Virus record (IMG/VR): IMGVR_UViG_3300017964_000010
Span: 1-64,000 of that record
DNA: 64,000 nt
DNA from: a virus
Direction: 5' to 3' (one strand)
A program made the position numbers and the translations under genes. The notes beneath the pieces are model-generated. The model was not told the origin of the DNA. It saw only the letters and a list, made by a program, of their open reading frames with translations, and made no database searches. Shown here piece after piece: positions 29,168 to 39,977 of this stretch; the first letter of the stretch is position 1, and every line of letters starts with the position of its first letter.

Positions 29168-32100
29168 TTAATCTCCTAATGCAATTACTCTAAGATCACG
29201 TATTACAGGTACCTTAGTCTGATTTCCTGATCTCATAACAATTTTCAATTGAAACTGTGTAAATTCTTCACTAGAACCATCAGATTTACCAACTAAGTAA
29301 CGATATTCTCTAAAGATAAGAGGATCATCATCGGAACCAATTGCTTTTTCTGGTTCAACTTTAATAAATGGTATACCTTCTATTGAAGCTTCGCTGGTTA
29401 CTCTATAATACATATCAATAAATGTATCTGATGGTCTATTAGCTCCCATAAGAATTTTTAATCCAACTGATGATGCTGTTAATCTTACCGGTTTTGTTAT
29501 ATGTTTAGCAATAGAAGGACCGTCTTCCCTTGTTTCTCCAAATAGTGGATCATAGTATGCCGTTCTGTTACTGGTGCCCATAATAGCATTTACTGTATCA
29601 CTATCTAATGAGTGAGACCATTCAATAGGCTTATTCTGAGTTGTACTTTGTGTATTACTTGGATTATCAATAAGATTTGTAGTAAGGGTTGCCGAGTTTC
29701 TTTGTAAGTCGATAACAGGACTTACATAAACATTACTTGATCTTATTTCAGCTTCTAAAACTAAAGATGTTGCAAGCTTAGAAGGTGGAGAAACTCTATG
29801 CATTGTTCTCATAATATTATCTTGATTAGGAGAAACCAACGTAGATACAGTATCAAGTATATCAACACTTCCTAAAATATTTGGAGTATTATCCGCATAT
29901 GATTTACCAGTAGACATTTTAACCTGATAATCTATTCTAGTTTTTGGTGGTTCAATTGCTTGAACAGCTGGCCAAATAATATTATAATTATATGCTTGTT
30001 CAACAGATACGTTATTACCACCAGTTATTGATCTAAAATATAAATTTGGTTTTGTAAGACTAGATGGTGCTGAAAATACAAATCCAGTAGGATCAACTTC
30101 AGTTAAAGTAAATGGTGTATTATTTAAGTCACTATCTATTGGTGTTCCAGTGATTCCACTTAAATTAATAGTGTCTCCTACATATAAACCGTGTAATGGT
30201 GATCTAACGTAAACATCACTATAATTTGAACTATCTCTAAAGAAAAATTCTATAGGATCTGAAGCTAAGATTCTTTTTGGTACCGGAACATTTTTAAAGA
30301 CGGCTTTCGTTGTTTTATCTACATGGAATTCAGCTTTATATAATGTAAATTTAAGATCAGTTTTAAAATCTGGTTCCCAAGTTCTACTATTCTGCGATTT
30401 AAAGAAAGAGCCAAGATATGGCTGAGTATTAATTTTTTCTGTTGTAGATCCTAATTTAAACTCGCCCATTGTTGAAATATATGTTTCATATGCATCACTA
30501 TTTGAAATAACTACAATAGCATATTCTGTAGCTGGTTTTAAATATACTGGTTCTCTAAATACTGCTTTTGTTTCTGCTGAAGCATCTGAAGAAACAACTA
30601 CATCTGATGCCGGAATAGTAACAATCGAACCCGGTAGTGCAACATCTGAAGATGGAACACCATTTACTGTTGGTCTAATTTGAATAGAAACCGGAAAAGC
30701 TTGATCGCTCGTATCTTTTTTTGAAAAGAATAGTCCGACTTCTGTTAAGAAAACACCAGTTCCTTCGGTAACTAAAAATGATTGTGCAATAGGATCTTGA
30801 TAACCAAGCACACATTTTATTACTCCTGCGGTATCTTGAACAATTCCTGTTGCAGTTTCAATTGTGTCATCAATTAAATCTCCAGTAGCAGTAGCCACAC
30901 CGCCCATAGCAGATGTTATTCCTCCAATGAGATCTCCTTGGAAAACCTCTCCTATACCATCAGCAATACCTCCAGCAACAGTTTGTAAAGCACCAAGGAA
31001 GTCTATACCACCACCTTTTGATCTAACATTTATTGTTTCCGTCTTAGTTGTAGACTCTCCGACAATATGAAGCATTCTTGTAGATAAAACATCTTCTTGT
31101 CTTGTAGTAAGTGTTCCAGTAGAACTAAAAATTGCCTGAGCAGCACATGATGCATTTTGCTTTTTAAACTCTGTAATATCTAATAGAGTAAATTCTAAAT
31201 CTCCAGTTCTAAAATTACCGTTAGCACGGGTGCTTGATGATGGTATAAAGAAACTGCCTTGAATTTTACCCGAACCGTCGGTATAAAGTTTTGTTTTTCC
31301 GCCTAAATTGCTCGGATATTCCGTTGCTGATTTATATAAATTGCTTACTTCAGTTTGTTTTGTAGTGTTAACACCAGTAAATTGATCTTGTCTTACCCAA
31401 TCTGCAATAGATCTGCCGTCAAAATAAGCAAATACTTGTGTATTAGGAGCTAAACCTTCGGCTTGGAAACTCACAATCTTTGATCTCATAAAAGGTAAAA
31501 ATGCAACATCAACGACCCGATCATCAATTATTTCTCTAATAGTTTCTGAAGCAACAACTCTATTTACAACAGTTTCTGTTGTAACATCAGTTCCTCTAGT
31601 AGTTTTTTTGTTCCAGAACCAACCTTTTGTTTCTTTCCAATCTCTTCTTGATATTTCATTAGTAACTGAAGCTTCAGCTCCGACATCAAGACCATCAATA
31701 TCAGTGCCGCCCCAATTCCATTCATGGGCTCCCCATTGAAGTGCCAAATCAGTATTAAGCAGAGTTCCGCCGGGAATAATTTTTTCTGGAAGATAATCTG
31801 TTTCATACCAATCATCTGATGCAGGAGAAAGAGTTAATGATCCATTATAAAATAAATTTAAATAAGGATTAACATTTATTGTAGAGGAAGCAACGTCTTG
31901 AACAATATAAGGTGTTGTAGTATATGTTGTATATACATTATCGCCTTTCATAATTGTATTTGTAGAAGCATTTGAATCGTAATAAAAACCAATATTATTT
32001 GTAATTGCTCTGGGTCTTAACGCTTTATTTCTAGGATCTATTGCAGCAGAATAATCAGGATGTGTAATATCGGAATAATATTGATTTTCAAAATTATCTG

Positions 32101-34732
32101 CCATAAGCCCAGATTTAGTTCTGTTTCTATTATCAGAATCTAAAACATCAATATTAGCAGTATCCATTTCTAATAAAGTGAGAGATGTTACCTCGGTAAG
32201 ATCATCAATCTTTTTTTCAATCTTTGCTATATCTCTCATAGTATAACGTTTATTGTCAAGCATAGTGAATTGCAAATCTTTAGGACCGAAAGTTCCTGGA
32301 TTCATTCTAACTCTATAAAGTTCCATAGCATCTGGAGGAGTAGGCGGGAATTTAGGTGTTAAACTAGGTCTACCTTGAATATATTTAAATTCACCTTCTT
32401 GTGTTAATAATACTTTATCATATCTTGCTTCATATAAATTTACGTCTGCTATAATAGTAGAACCATTTCTTGGTAAAATAAAAACTTCAGCATCTGATGT
32501 TGAAAATGTTCCGCTACTACCTTTTGATGATCTAAAATCCAAATAATTTTTAAGATCAATATATTGACCATTTGCTAATTTATAATTTGGTATATCTTGA
32601 TAATTTATACTAGAATATGAACTTGGTCCAAAAAAGTCTCCAGAACCATGTTCAAAATAAGTAAACTCTACATATAATGTTATACTTGTGTTATTAAAAT
32701 TACCTGTTATTGTTCTACCAGATTTTATTCTAATAGAACCTTTAGCATATAAATTATCTCTTTGTCCACCATCAACAATAAATTTATCAGTAACAAGATT
32801 ACCGTTTTTTGATTGAACTCTAATTTCTTCTACACTAATAACATCAGTAAAAGGTAAAGAAGCTGTGCCTACACTAGGATTAAATGTTACTAAAGCTGAT
32901 GTAGAAATCTTTGTTTTAGATGCAACCGTTGCTTGTTGTTTAAATGTATATGCATATACTTCATAGGTATCGCCAGCAACAACACCATTATCTACAAGAG
33001 GATCTCCTGTTGAACCCTTTAAACCAGAAATAGTTATACTTGAAAATCCTACTGAACCATAGCTAGGAGTTTGACCAAGCGTTACTCCGCCAGCATCTGC
33101 AATAACCCATCCATTAGTATCAGTAAAAATTTCACCTGCTGGAGCATTTATAGTGATAGTTCCTGCACCATTTGCAATAGATGCTGTAGCTGTATATCTT
33201 CTTGCAAGAGTCATGGAAACATCTGAAACTGAACTTGGTCTCTCGCCTGGTATCTTAAAGAATAGCTCATTTGCTTCTGATTCAAAAATAGACACTTTAT
33301 TATTATTTCTAACAAGAATCATTTCTTGTCTATCACAATTACATAAAGAAACTTCAACACCAATTGATTTTGCATCTCTATTAAACTGTTTACCTGGATT
33401 CATATTAATGTCAAATATATATACTTTATATGTACCCGAACCAGGTTCACCACGATCTATACCCCTTACTCTTAAAGTTCCTATAGTATCGGGTGCTGTG
33501 CTACTAAAAGTAGGAGATACATCAGTATCACTAATTGTAAGTAATTCAAATACGTTTACGTTTGGTATACCATAAAAACCTTCTTTTACAAGAATATAGT
33601 TTCCATAGTTACCAGAAATACCTTGATTTTCTTGAGTTACCGTAGTAGTTGATCTAGGTACACTTAACGAACTTGCAGAAGATTTATTTATTCTGTAACC
33701 ATTTACATAAGCCGTACCACTACTTACAGATAAATTAAGTTTAGAATTATCAGTACTATGATCTTCCCAAGAAATTCTAAAAGGTTTTACTGTATAATTA
33801 CCAGACTCTTCCCTGGTACGTACAGCCATAATATCATTTATTTTATTATATTGTTCATATCCAGTAACCGCTTCTGATAATACACCATGTTCAATTTTAG
33901 CATAATAAATAAATGTTTCACCGGGCTGAATGGTATTTTTATTTACAAGTTCAAGTTTAATTGTATATCTGTCGGCACCAGGAGCAGTATAATTAGGCAA
34001 TTCCCCCTGATTATCATATAAAGTATCATCATCATCGGCTGTAGTTATCACTTGGGTAAGTTTAAAACCAATGGTAGCAGTTGGGTTTGAAAAATACTTT
34101 GCTACAATTAAATCTTGCCTAGGAACATAAACAAAATGACCTTCTGCAAAAAATGTTGCTGGTCCAGCAGAAACTCTAAATCCATAACCAGTTGCCGGAT
34201 CTGCTGTAGTATTTGTAGTTTGAGCAACTAATACCAAAGACCCATCTTTTTCAAGTAATTCTTCTCCAGGTCTTATTGAAGCCGGAGTTGTTCCGGATGT
34301 GCCATTTAATGTATCAAGATATTGTACATATATTGTAGCCGGATCATTTACGGTAGCTTCAATGATTTCAATTATTTTTACTGAAATGCCAGATAGCTGC
34401 CCAACAAAAACTTTATCTTTAAAATTAGATATATTAGCAGGAAGAGCAACACCAGGAGTTACTACATCTGTAGGATCAGTATTTAGTTTAACATATCTAT
34501 AACGAGTATTGGCAGTAACTGAAGCTGCTTCAAGTGAAGCCCCCTCTTTAAAAAGATTTGTACCAAGCCTTTTTATTTCTTCTTGAATAATCGATTGAAG
34601 CTGATTTAATTCTCTGCTCTGAAGGGCTTTACCACTTTTAAATAATACTTTATGATATCCCTTATCAGGATCAAAGTCATCTCTATAAATCTGATTTTCT
34701 AAATTTTTAGTGTAATTAATAGACATTAGCAC
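29168..34732 (-). CDS. DUF4815/VrlC-like large baseplate-associated structural protein (start probably 34726)
   Basis: YRDDFDPDKGYHKVLFKSG-LQSRELNQLQS, APGADRY, RTREESGNY, NKRYTMRDI, DPIAQSF and IRDLRVIAL motifs. Confidence 0.85.
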   Translation of the reverse strand: MLMSINYTKNLENQIYRDDFDPDKGYHKVLFKSGKALQSRELNQLQSIIQEEIKRLGTNLFKEGASLEAASVTANTRYRYVKLNTDPTDVVTPGVALPANISNFKDKVFVGQLSGISVKIIEIIEATVNDPATIYVQYLDTLNGTSGTTPASIRPGEELLEKDGSLVLVAQTTNTTADPATGYGFRVSAGPATFFAEGHFVYVPRQDLIVAKYFSNPTATIGFKLTQVITTADDDDTLYDNQGELPNYTAPGADRYTIKLELVNKNTIQPGETFIYYAKIEHGVLSEAVTGYEQYNKINDIMAVRTREESGNYTVKPFRISWEDHSTDNSKLNLSVSSGTAYVNGYRINKSSASSLSVPRSTTTVTQENQGISGNYGNYILVKEGFYGIPNVNVFELLTISDTDVSPTFSSTAPDTIGTLRVRGIDRGEPGSGTYKVYIFDINMNPGKQFNRDAKSIGVEVSLCNCDRQEMILVRNNNKVSIFESEANELFFKIPGERPSSVSDVSMTLARRYTATASIANGAGTITINAPAGEIFTDTNGWVIADAGGVTLGQTPSYGSVGFSSITISGLKGSTGDPLVDNGVVAGDTYEVYAYTFKQQATVASKTKISTSALVTFNPSVGTASLPFTDVISVEEIRVQSKNGNLVTDKFIVDGGQRDNLYAKGSIRIKSGRTITGNFNNTSITLYVEFTYFEHGSGDFFGPSSYSSINYQDIPNYKLANGQYIDLKNYLDFRSSKGSSGTFSTSDAEVFILPRNGSTIIADVNLYEARYDKVLLTQEGEFKYIQGRPSLTPKFPPTPPDAMELYRVRMNPGTFGPKDLQFTMLDNKRYTMRDIAKIEKKIDDLTEVTSLTLLEMDTANIDVLDSDNRNRTKSGLMADNFENQYYSDITHPDYSAAIDPRNKALRPRAITNNIGFYYDSNASTNTIMKGDNVYTTYTTTPYIVQDVASSTINVNPYLNLFYNGSLTLSPASDDWYETDYLPEKIIPGGTLLNTDLALQWGAHEWNWGGTDIDGLDVGAEASVTNEISRRDWKETKGWFWNKKTTRGTDVTTETVVNRVVASETIREIIDDRVVDVAFLPFMRSKIVSFQAEGLAPNTQVFAYFDGRSIADWVRQDQFTGVNTTKQTEVSNLYKSATEYPSNLGGKTKLYTDGSGKIQGSFFIPSSSTRANGNFRTGDLEFTLLDITEFKKQNASCAAQAIFSSTGTLTTRQEDVLSTRMLHIVGESTTKTETINVRSKGGGIDFLGALQTVAGGIADGIGEVFQGDLIGGITSAMGGVATATGDLIDDTIETATGIVQDTAGVIKCVLGYQDPIAQSFLVTEGTGVFLTEVGLFFSKKDTSDQAFPVSIQIRPTVNGVPSSDVALPGSIVTIPASDVVVSSDASAETKAVFREPVYLKPATEYAIVVISNSDAYETYISTMGEFKLGSTTEKINTQPYLGSFFKSQNSRTWEPDFKTDLKFTLYKAEFHVDKTTKAVFKNVPVPKRILASDPIEFFFRDSSNYSDVYVRSPLHGLYVGDTINLSGITGTPIDSDLNNTPFTLTEVDPTGFVFSAPSSLTKPNLYFRSITGGNNVSVEQAYNYNIIWPAVQAIEPPKTRIDYQVKMSTGKSYADNTPNILGSVDILDTVSTLVSPNQDNIMRTMHRVSPPSKLATSLVLEAEIRSSNVYVSPVIDLQRNSATLTTNLIDNPSNTQSTTQNKPIEWSHSLDSDTVNAIMGTSNRTAYYDPLFGETREDGPSIAKHITKPVRLTASSVGLKILMGANRPSDTFIDMYYRVTSEASIEGIPFIKVEPEKAIGSDDDPLIFREYRYLVGKSDGSSEEFTQFQLKIVMRSGNQTKVPVIRDLRVIALGD

Positions 34733-36090
34733 TCATCCAATTGAATAACTATTTTAATATCTTCTGTTTGATTTGCAACTCTAGTAACTGCAGACCTATT
34801 ATCTATATACAATACTTCACCTGTAAATGGATCAACTTCTGATCTTATTAACGGATTACCTATGGTTCCTTGACCTGGACCGGTTAATTCTGTTATAGTT
34901 TCACTTGCAATAAAAGGTGCATAACCAGTAGAATCATTTTGATGATATAACAATATGTTTTGGTTCGTTTGATCAACATAAGCTCTAGCACCACTTGTAG
35001 CACCAATAATAATTTCATCTGTTGAAAATGCAATAGGATTTGTTGAAAGAGTCATCGATTGTAATGCATTACCAGTAAGACTTGTCCATTGGGAACCTTG
35101 TGCAGAATCTTTAATTCCTCTAATAATACCAATCTGTCTATAATCTTGATTTATAAGCCAATCTGATGTATTTCCGTCAACTCTTACTCCAATCATCATA
35201 GAACCACATTTAAGATCAGAAGATGCATCTCCACCAATACCCAATCCGCTTGACATAATAGCTCTTACTTCACCGTTTGTCCCATCCTGATCTGTAAGTG
35301 TAATTTGAGCACCTCTTAATCCATGAACATAATTTAAAGTTGTTCCTGAAGAATCTGGATTATATTCTGCTTTAATAATTGAACCCGTACCGGAATCTAA
35401 AGTAAAATTGACAAGTGATGGATAATTAACACCATTAATATTTACTGAAGGATTGCTGTAATTTGATCCGCCTGCTATTACTTCAAAGGAAGTAATCATT
35501 CCTGGCTTTGCAGTTTGTTGTATTTCATATTGCTTAATTTCATTACCTGTAGAATTTGAATCTACAGATAAAATTCTATTAATAGGCATATGATCATTAG
35601 TCATAAATAAAGTAGCATCTAGTGCACTAATAGTATAGAGAAATTTCCAAACATAACCATCTGAAGTTTCAAACGGGTCATTATTAGCTCCTGTAGGTTC
35701 TACTATCGAAGGTACTGCAGAACCAATTGAATCTGTTCCTTGTCTTAAACAAATATAAACATCATTATTATTATTTGCAGTATAAAAATATTCTGAACTA
35801 TAATCTGTTAAATCTTTTTTATCATCATATGCAACGTATGTAGATCCTGTTTTCCAGGATTTACGAGGAACAACTAAAGAAGCTGCCGCTACTCTATGAA
35901 TAGATTGCAAACCATTCCTAAAATCATTTTGGATTCTAATATTGTCTTTTGCAACAGGAGCAGAATCTAAAGCATTCCATGGATTGGATCGAGACACACC
36001 AATATAATAGTTTTCTGTAGTATTATTAATACTACGAATAGTCCCAATCATGAGTTCTTTTTTAAAGTTTTGTGTTACAACTGTTGACAT
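34726..36090 (-). CDS. gp8: Baseplate wedge subunit gp8
   Basis: VVPRKSW, VYICL, TSDGYVWKFLYTI, DYRQIGII, GEVLYIDNR...QTEDIKIVIQL. Confidence 0.85.
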   Translation of the reverse strand: MSTVVTQNFKKELMIGTIRSINNTTENYYIGVSRSNPWNALDSAPVAKDNIRIQNDFRNGLQSIHRVAAASLVVPRKSWKTGSTYVAYDDKKDLTDYSSEYFYTANNNNDVYICLRQGTDSIGSAVPSIVEPTGANNDPFETSDGYVWKFLYTISALDATLFMTNDHMPINRILSVDSNSTGNEIKQYEIQQTAKPGMITSFEVIAGGSNYSNPSVNINGVNYPSLVNFTLDSGTGSIIKAEYNPDSSGTTLNYVHGLRGAQITLTDQDGTNGEVRAIMSSGLGIGGDASSDLKCGSMMIGVRVDGNTSDWLINQDYRQIGIIRGIKDSAQGSQWTSLTGNALQSMTLSTNPIAFSTDEIIIGATSGARAYVDQTNQNILLYHQNDSTGYAPFIASETITELTGPGQGTIGNPLIRSEVDPFTGEVLYIDNRSAVTRVANQTEDIKIVIQLDEC

Positions 36091-36100
36091 ACTCTACCTA

Positions 36101-37648
36101 TTAAATTATTGCGTCCTTTAAATATAACAGATTCTTGTTTCTTAATTCTTGAATAGTTACATTTTTCATATTCTGGTTATCACCATAATTAAAACTATTT
36201 ATATTGAAAACAGCATTAGAATCGTACTTAATCCACTCATATATACTATTAAATTTATGTGAAAGATTAAATTTAACAGTAATATTTCCTGGACCATCCT
36301 TTTTAAGATTTATATCTAATATTCCATTAGAATCAAGTATATTATCAATCCTTAATACTGGTGCTGTAGTAGATACAAATGATGTTGCATGATTAGCAGC
36401 ATCTAAACTATCTCCTATACAAAAATAATCACCACCAAAAGAATCACCAAGACCAGGTAATGCAATTTCAAGATTTGTGGAAGAATAATCACCTTGCAAA
36501 TACATTCTTGAAATATATGTCTTACTATCGCCTCTTGTAATTTGAGCAAGAGTTTTATTTAATTCTTGTGGCACATTAATTTGTATTAAAGATGAAGTTA
36601 ATGTTGGAGTTTCTGTTCCTAGAGTTTTTATTGTTGCTGGAGATGCTTCAAATATACTATAGCGTTCACCATCGACTTCTGTAAGACCAGGTTGATAATT
36701 ACTATCTTCAGTTCTAAGTGTTGGAGATAAATTTATGGCTGCAAGATTTATTTCTTTATTACTATAAATTCCACCATTGGCGGAACTTTGAATAGAAAAC
36801 CCAGGACCTTCAAGTGCTCTTCCATAACTGTCTTCAATAAACCATCCTTCACTATCAGTATAATCTAATACATTTCGGTATCCAAATCTTCTTGTATTTA
36901 ATCCGCAAGTGTATTCTTTAAATCCATCCATCACAAGAATATCAATATTACCCATATCGACTTTACTGATAACACGAGTTTCTACCGACATTCTTGGAAT
37001 TGAGCTGTCTGTTTCAATTCTTAAATTTAAAGGTGTTGCATCAGAAAGAACACCAACGGGTTTATATTTTGGATTTGTATATAACTGTGCATCCGCATGT
37101 AAATAAAAACCTGCAGGGTGCACAAACTTTTTATATAATTGTTCCCATTGCTTTAAAGGTACCGAAGTTTTTACTAAATGTGATAATACTTGATGTAATC
37201 TACCGTCTTGAATTTTCTTTGGCGAATTAGGTCCAAGTATTGATAAAGGATCGTCTAATAAAAATATTTTTTCTTTTGGGTATTCTATCTCTACATACGT
37301 ATCGAAAAAGCCACGGAAAAACCCTTCTGCAGAATAAAGAGAACCTTTTACTCTGAAAAACTTTGCAAGATTTTTTAATATTTCACGAGGATTAGAAATA
37401 AATTGAGAAGATAAACTAAGACCAATTTCTGCAAAAAGAGAATCAAGATATTTTAAATCCGTTTTTCCAATATCTCTTATTTCATATAAATCTTTTATTG
37501 TATTTCCAAAATTTCCATCAGAATCTAAAGCGTCATAATATGATTCCAAAAATTCTACAAGATTTGGATAATCAGTAACAAAATATTCCGGGAGAACATC
37601 CCTTACATAATCTGCTCTAAGTGATATATTATTTCTATCTTCAGACAT
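36101..37648 (-). CDS. Baseplate wedge protein, gp7-like
   Basis: LPEYF..DYPNLVEFLESYY, FFRVKGSLYS, KKFVHPAGF, located between gp6 and gp8. Confidence 0.7.
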   Translation of the reverse strand: MSEDRNNISLRADYVRDVLPEYFVTDYPNLVEFLESYYDALDSDGNFGNTIKDLYEIRDIGKTDLKYLDSLFAEIGLSLSSQFISNPREILKNLAKFFRVKGSLYSAEGFFRGFFDTYVEIEYPKEKIFLLDDPLSILGPNSPKKIQDGRLHQVLSHLVKTSVPLKQWEQLYKKFVHPAGFYLHADAQLYTNPKYKPVGVLSDATPLNLRIETDSSIPRMSVETRVISKVDMGNIDILVMDGFKEYTCGLNTRRFGYRNVLDYTDSEGWFIEDSYGRALEGPGFSIQSSANGGIYSNKEINLAAINLSPTLRTEDSNYQPGLTEVDGERYSIFEASPATIKTLGTETPTLTSSLIQINVPQELNKTLAQITRGDSKTYISRMYLQGDYSSTNLEIALPGLGDSFGGDYFCIGDSLDAANHATSFVSTTAPVLRIDNILDSNGILDINLKKDGPGNITVKFNLSHKFNSIYEWIKYDSNAVFNINSFNYGDNQNMKNVTIQELRNKNLLYLKDAII

Positions 37649-37652
37649 TATA

Positions 37653-39494
37653 TTACAGTGCTACCTTGGTATCTTGTTCATTTTTTATTGGTTGCATTAC
37701 TAGTTTTGAAGTGTCTAATCTTAATACATAATTTCTAAGAGGTTTGATCATGCTTTGATCAATAGGTGTTGAAGTGAAAGATATATACGATTTACCACTT
37801 AAATTAGAAACCGGATTAAAACCATAAAGAGTTACACTACCCTTTTCATAATCATAATTACCTATATCTTCTTCAATAATAGTTCCGTTACTTGAAATAA
37901 CTTGTAATATATTAGAGTTTAATTTATTTTTAACTCTACAACTAATAGCATCATCACCATATGTAAATAAAGATGATTCTATACTATAATCCTCTGCTTC
38001 AGCAGGAATTAACATCACTGGAAAATATATATTGTAATTGTTGGCAGATCCTAAAGTCACATTAACTCTCTGTTGAATTTTAATATCCATTTTAGCAGAA
38101 AGTATGGCTCTGTTTATATCACTTACTTCTGTCAGAATTTCTGATCTACTAAATGATTTATTAAATGCATTTAAATTTGTTGAAAAATAATCCTTTAAAA
38201 AATTATAAATTGCAGTTTGAATTCCAGATCCCGTAACGTTTGTTAAACTTGGATCAAAATTAAAATTTCCAGTTATTTCTAAATAAGTTTCTTCTGGGTT
38301 AATAAATTTATTAGAAATTGACATAACAGAAAGCTGATCGGTAAAATTATTTTTTATACTATCTTCAGTTGATGTTTTTACCGTATCTGATGTACCGTCT
38401 TGATACTGAAGACTAATATACACTTTACCGTAATCAATAGGTATATTATCTTCACCTCCCCATACCACTACATCTTTTATAACAGGAAAATTTGAAAGAA
38501 TCATTGCTCTATAATCAGCTGCTGTTACTAGTCTTTTTTGAGTAGCAAATTGTAGAGGTGCTAACTTACGAATTGATTCTATACTTTCTTTTTCATAGCC
38601 CTCTGTTGAAGGAATTTGAGATTGAACTTGAACGGAATAATTAATTCCATCATAAGTAAAAAAATCTTTACTTTTAAATCCGCTACAGCCGTTTGCAGAA
38701 GTACCGCTGGAAGAAAAATATCTTACAACAACTTTACTTCCTATTGCCGGAGATTTACCAAAACTTTTTCCATCACCAAAATTAATTTCATAATATCCAT
38801 TTGGTGCTTCTTTTATATCAAAGAAAGTAGTAGTTGAATCAACCTTAAGTGCGGTATCTAAGAAATAATAAGAAGTATATTTTGTAGATGTAGGTGAATC
38901 ATAAACATCAACTGTTATTTTTCCCGTGTCAAGAGTTTCATCTGGAATTACATATATCTGATTTTCTGGTGTATCATCAACAATAAATGTTTTTGTTTTA
39001 TATTTTCCTTGAAAAATCTTTATCTGATTATTGTTATCATCGTCAACAAACTCATATAATCCTGAACCATTATCTGTTGCGGTATAATTTTTATCTGTTA
39101 TAAATGTAAAAGTATCATTTTCATTTTCAGCAGTAAAATTCCAACCCGAAGTTAGCGTTATACTTGTAGGTCTATTAACCACACCCGATAAATTTACATA
39201 TACACTTATAGCAGAAGAGGATGGTGTTCTTGATCTTGGTCTATAACCTAGAAGTTCTGCATGAGACACTACAGAAGAACGTAATTGTGCTGTATTTAAA
39301 AATGCTTCGTTAGTAGCAAAATTTGCAGTTAAACCATTAAAGTGTGTATTATATGCTAAAACATCTAATATATTTGAAAGACCTGAAGCTTCAAAATCAT
39401 AATCAGAAAATTCTGGTTGTTGAGCAAAATAAGTTTTTAAACTATTTCTTATATTGCCAAAATCTAAAGCCGTTGATGTAATATTTGTTGCCAT
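37653..39494 (-). CDS. gp6: Baseplate wedge subunit gp6
   Basis: LDFGNIRNSLKTY...DYDFEASGLSNILDVLAYNTH...LRSSVVSHA, FGDG, QKRLVTAADY, WGGEDN, YGKVYIS. Confidence 0.92.
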   Translation of the reverse strand: MATNITSTALDFGNIRNSLKTYFAQQPEFSDYDFEASGLSNILDVLAYNTHFNGLTANFATNEAFLNTAQLRSSVVSHAELLGYRPRSRTPSSSAISVYVNLSGVVNRPTSITLTSGWNFTAENENDTFTFITDKNYTATDNGSGLYEFVDDDNNNQIKIFQGKYKTKTFIVDDTPENQIYVIPDETLDTGKITVDVYDSPTSTKYTSYYFLDTALKVDSTTTFFDIKEAPNGYYEINFGDGKSFGKSPAIGSKVVVRYFSSSGTSANGCSGFKSKDFFTYDGINYSVQVQSQIPSTEGYEKESIESIRKLAPLQFATQKRLVTAADYRAMILSNFPVIKDVVVWGGEDNIPIDYGKVYISLQYQDGTSDTVKTSTEDSIKNNFTDQLSVMSISNKFINPEETYLEITGNFNFDPSLTNVTGSGIQTAIYNFLKDYFSTNLNAFNKSFSRSEILTEVSDINRAILSAKMDIKIQQRVNVTLGSANNYNIYFPVMLIPAEAEDYSIESSLFTYGDDAISCRVKNKLNSNILQVISSNGTIIEEDIGNYDYEKGSVTLYGFNPVSNLSGKSYISFTSTPIDQSMIKPLRNYVLRLDTSKLVMQPIKNEQDTKVAL

Positions 39495-39940
39495 TATCTC
39501 AACCTCGAAATTTCTGTTTCTAAAGTAATTATTTCATTTGTATTTAATATACGAAAAGTAATTGATATATCAAGAGAATTTGCATAGTCAACAAGCGAAC
39601 ATGATATATCGATTACTTCAGCTCTTGGTTCATAATTTTCAATAGCAAGTTTTATTCTTTGTTTTGTTTCAAATTCTGTAAATGGGTCTCCAAGTTCAAA
39701 AAGCATATCTCTAATATTAGCACCAAAAAAAGGAATAAAAGGTTTTTCATAGTGATTAGTAAGAATTAAATTCTTTACTGCCTGTTTTACCGCATTTGCG
39801 TCCGTTTTTTTAAATATATCACCATTTCTTCTTTTTTTAAATGATAAGTCAATATCAGAATAGTTACCCTTTCCAAGAGCCGTTATTTGTACTCCTGTAT
39901 CTAGTTTTCTATCTTCAATTGATAATGATCTTGTTGGCAT
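39494..39940 (-). CDS. gp25: Baseplate wedge subunit gp25
   Basis: YSDIDLSF...AVKQAVKNLILTNHYEKPF.P.FG...IENYEPR. Confidence 0.9.
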   Translation of the reverse strand: MPTRSLSIEDRKLDTGVQITALGKGNYSDIDLSFKKRRNGDIFKKTDANAVKQAVKNLILTNHYEKPFIPFFGANIRDMLFELGDPFTEFETKQRIKLAIENYEPRAEVIDISCSLVDYANSLDISITFRILNTNEIITLETEISRLR

Positions 39941-39963
39941 GTTTTTCTCTTATTTTATTGTAT

Positions 39964-39971
39964 TATTTATA
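39964..39971 (-). promoter_or_regulatory. T4-type late promoter TATAAATA
   Basis: Exact consensus, intergenic, upstream of gp25. Confidence 0.75.
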
Positions 39972-39977
39972 ATGGTT

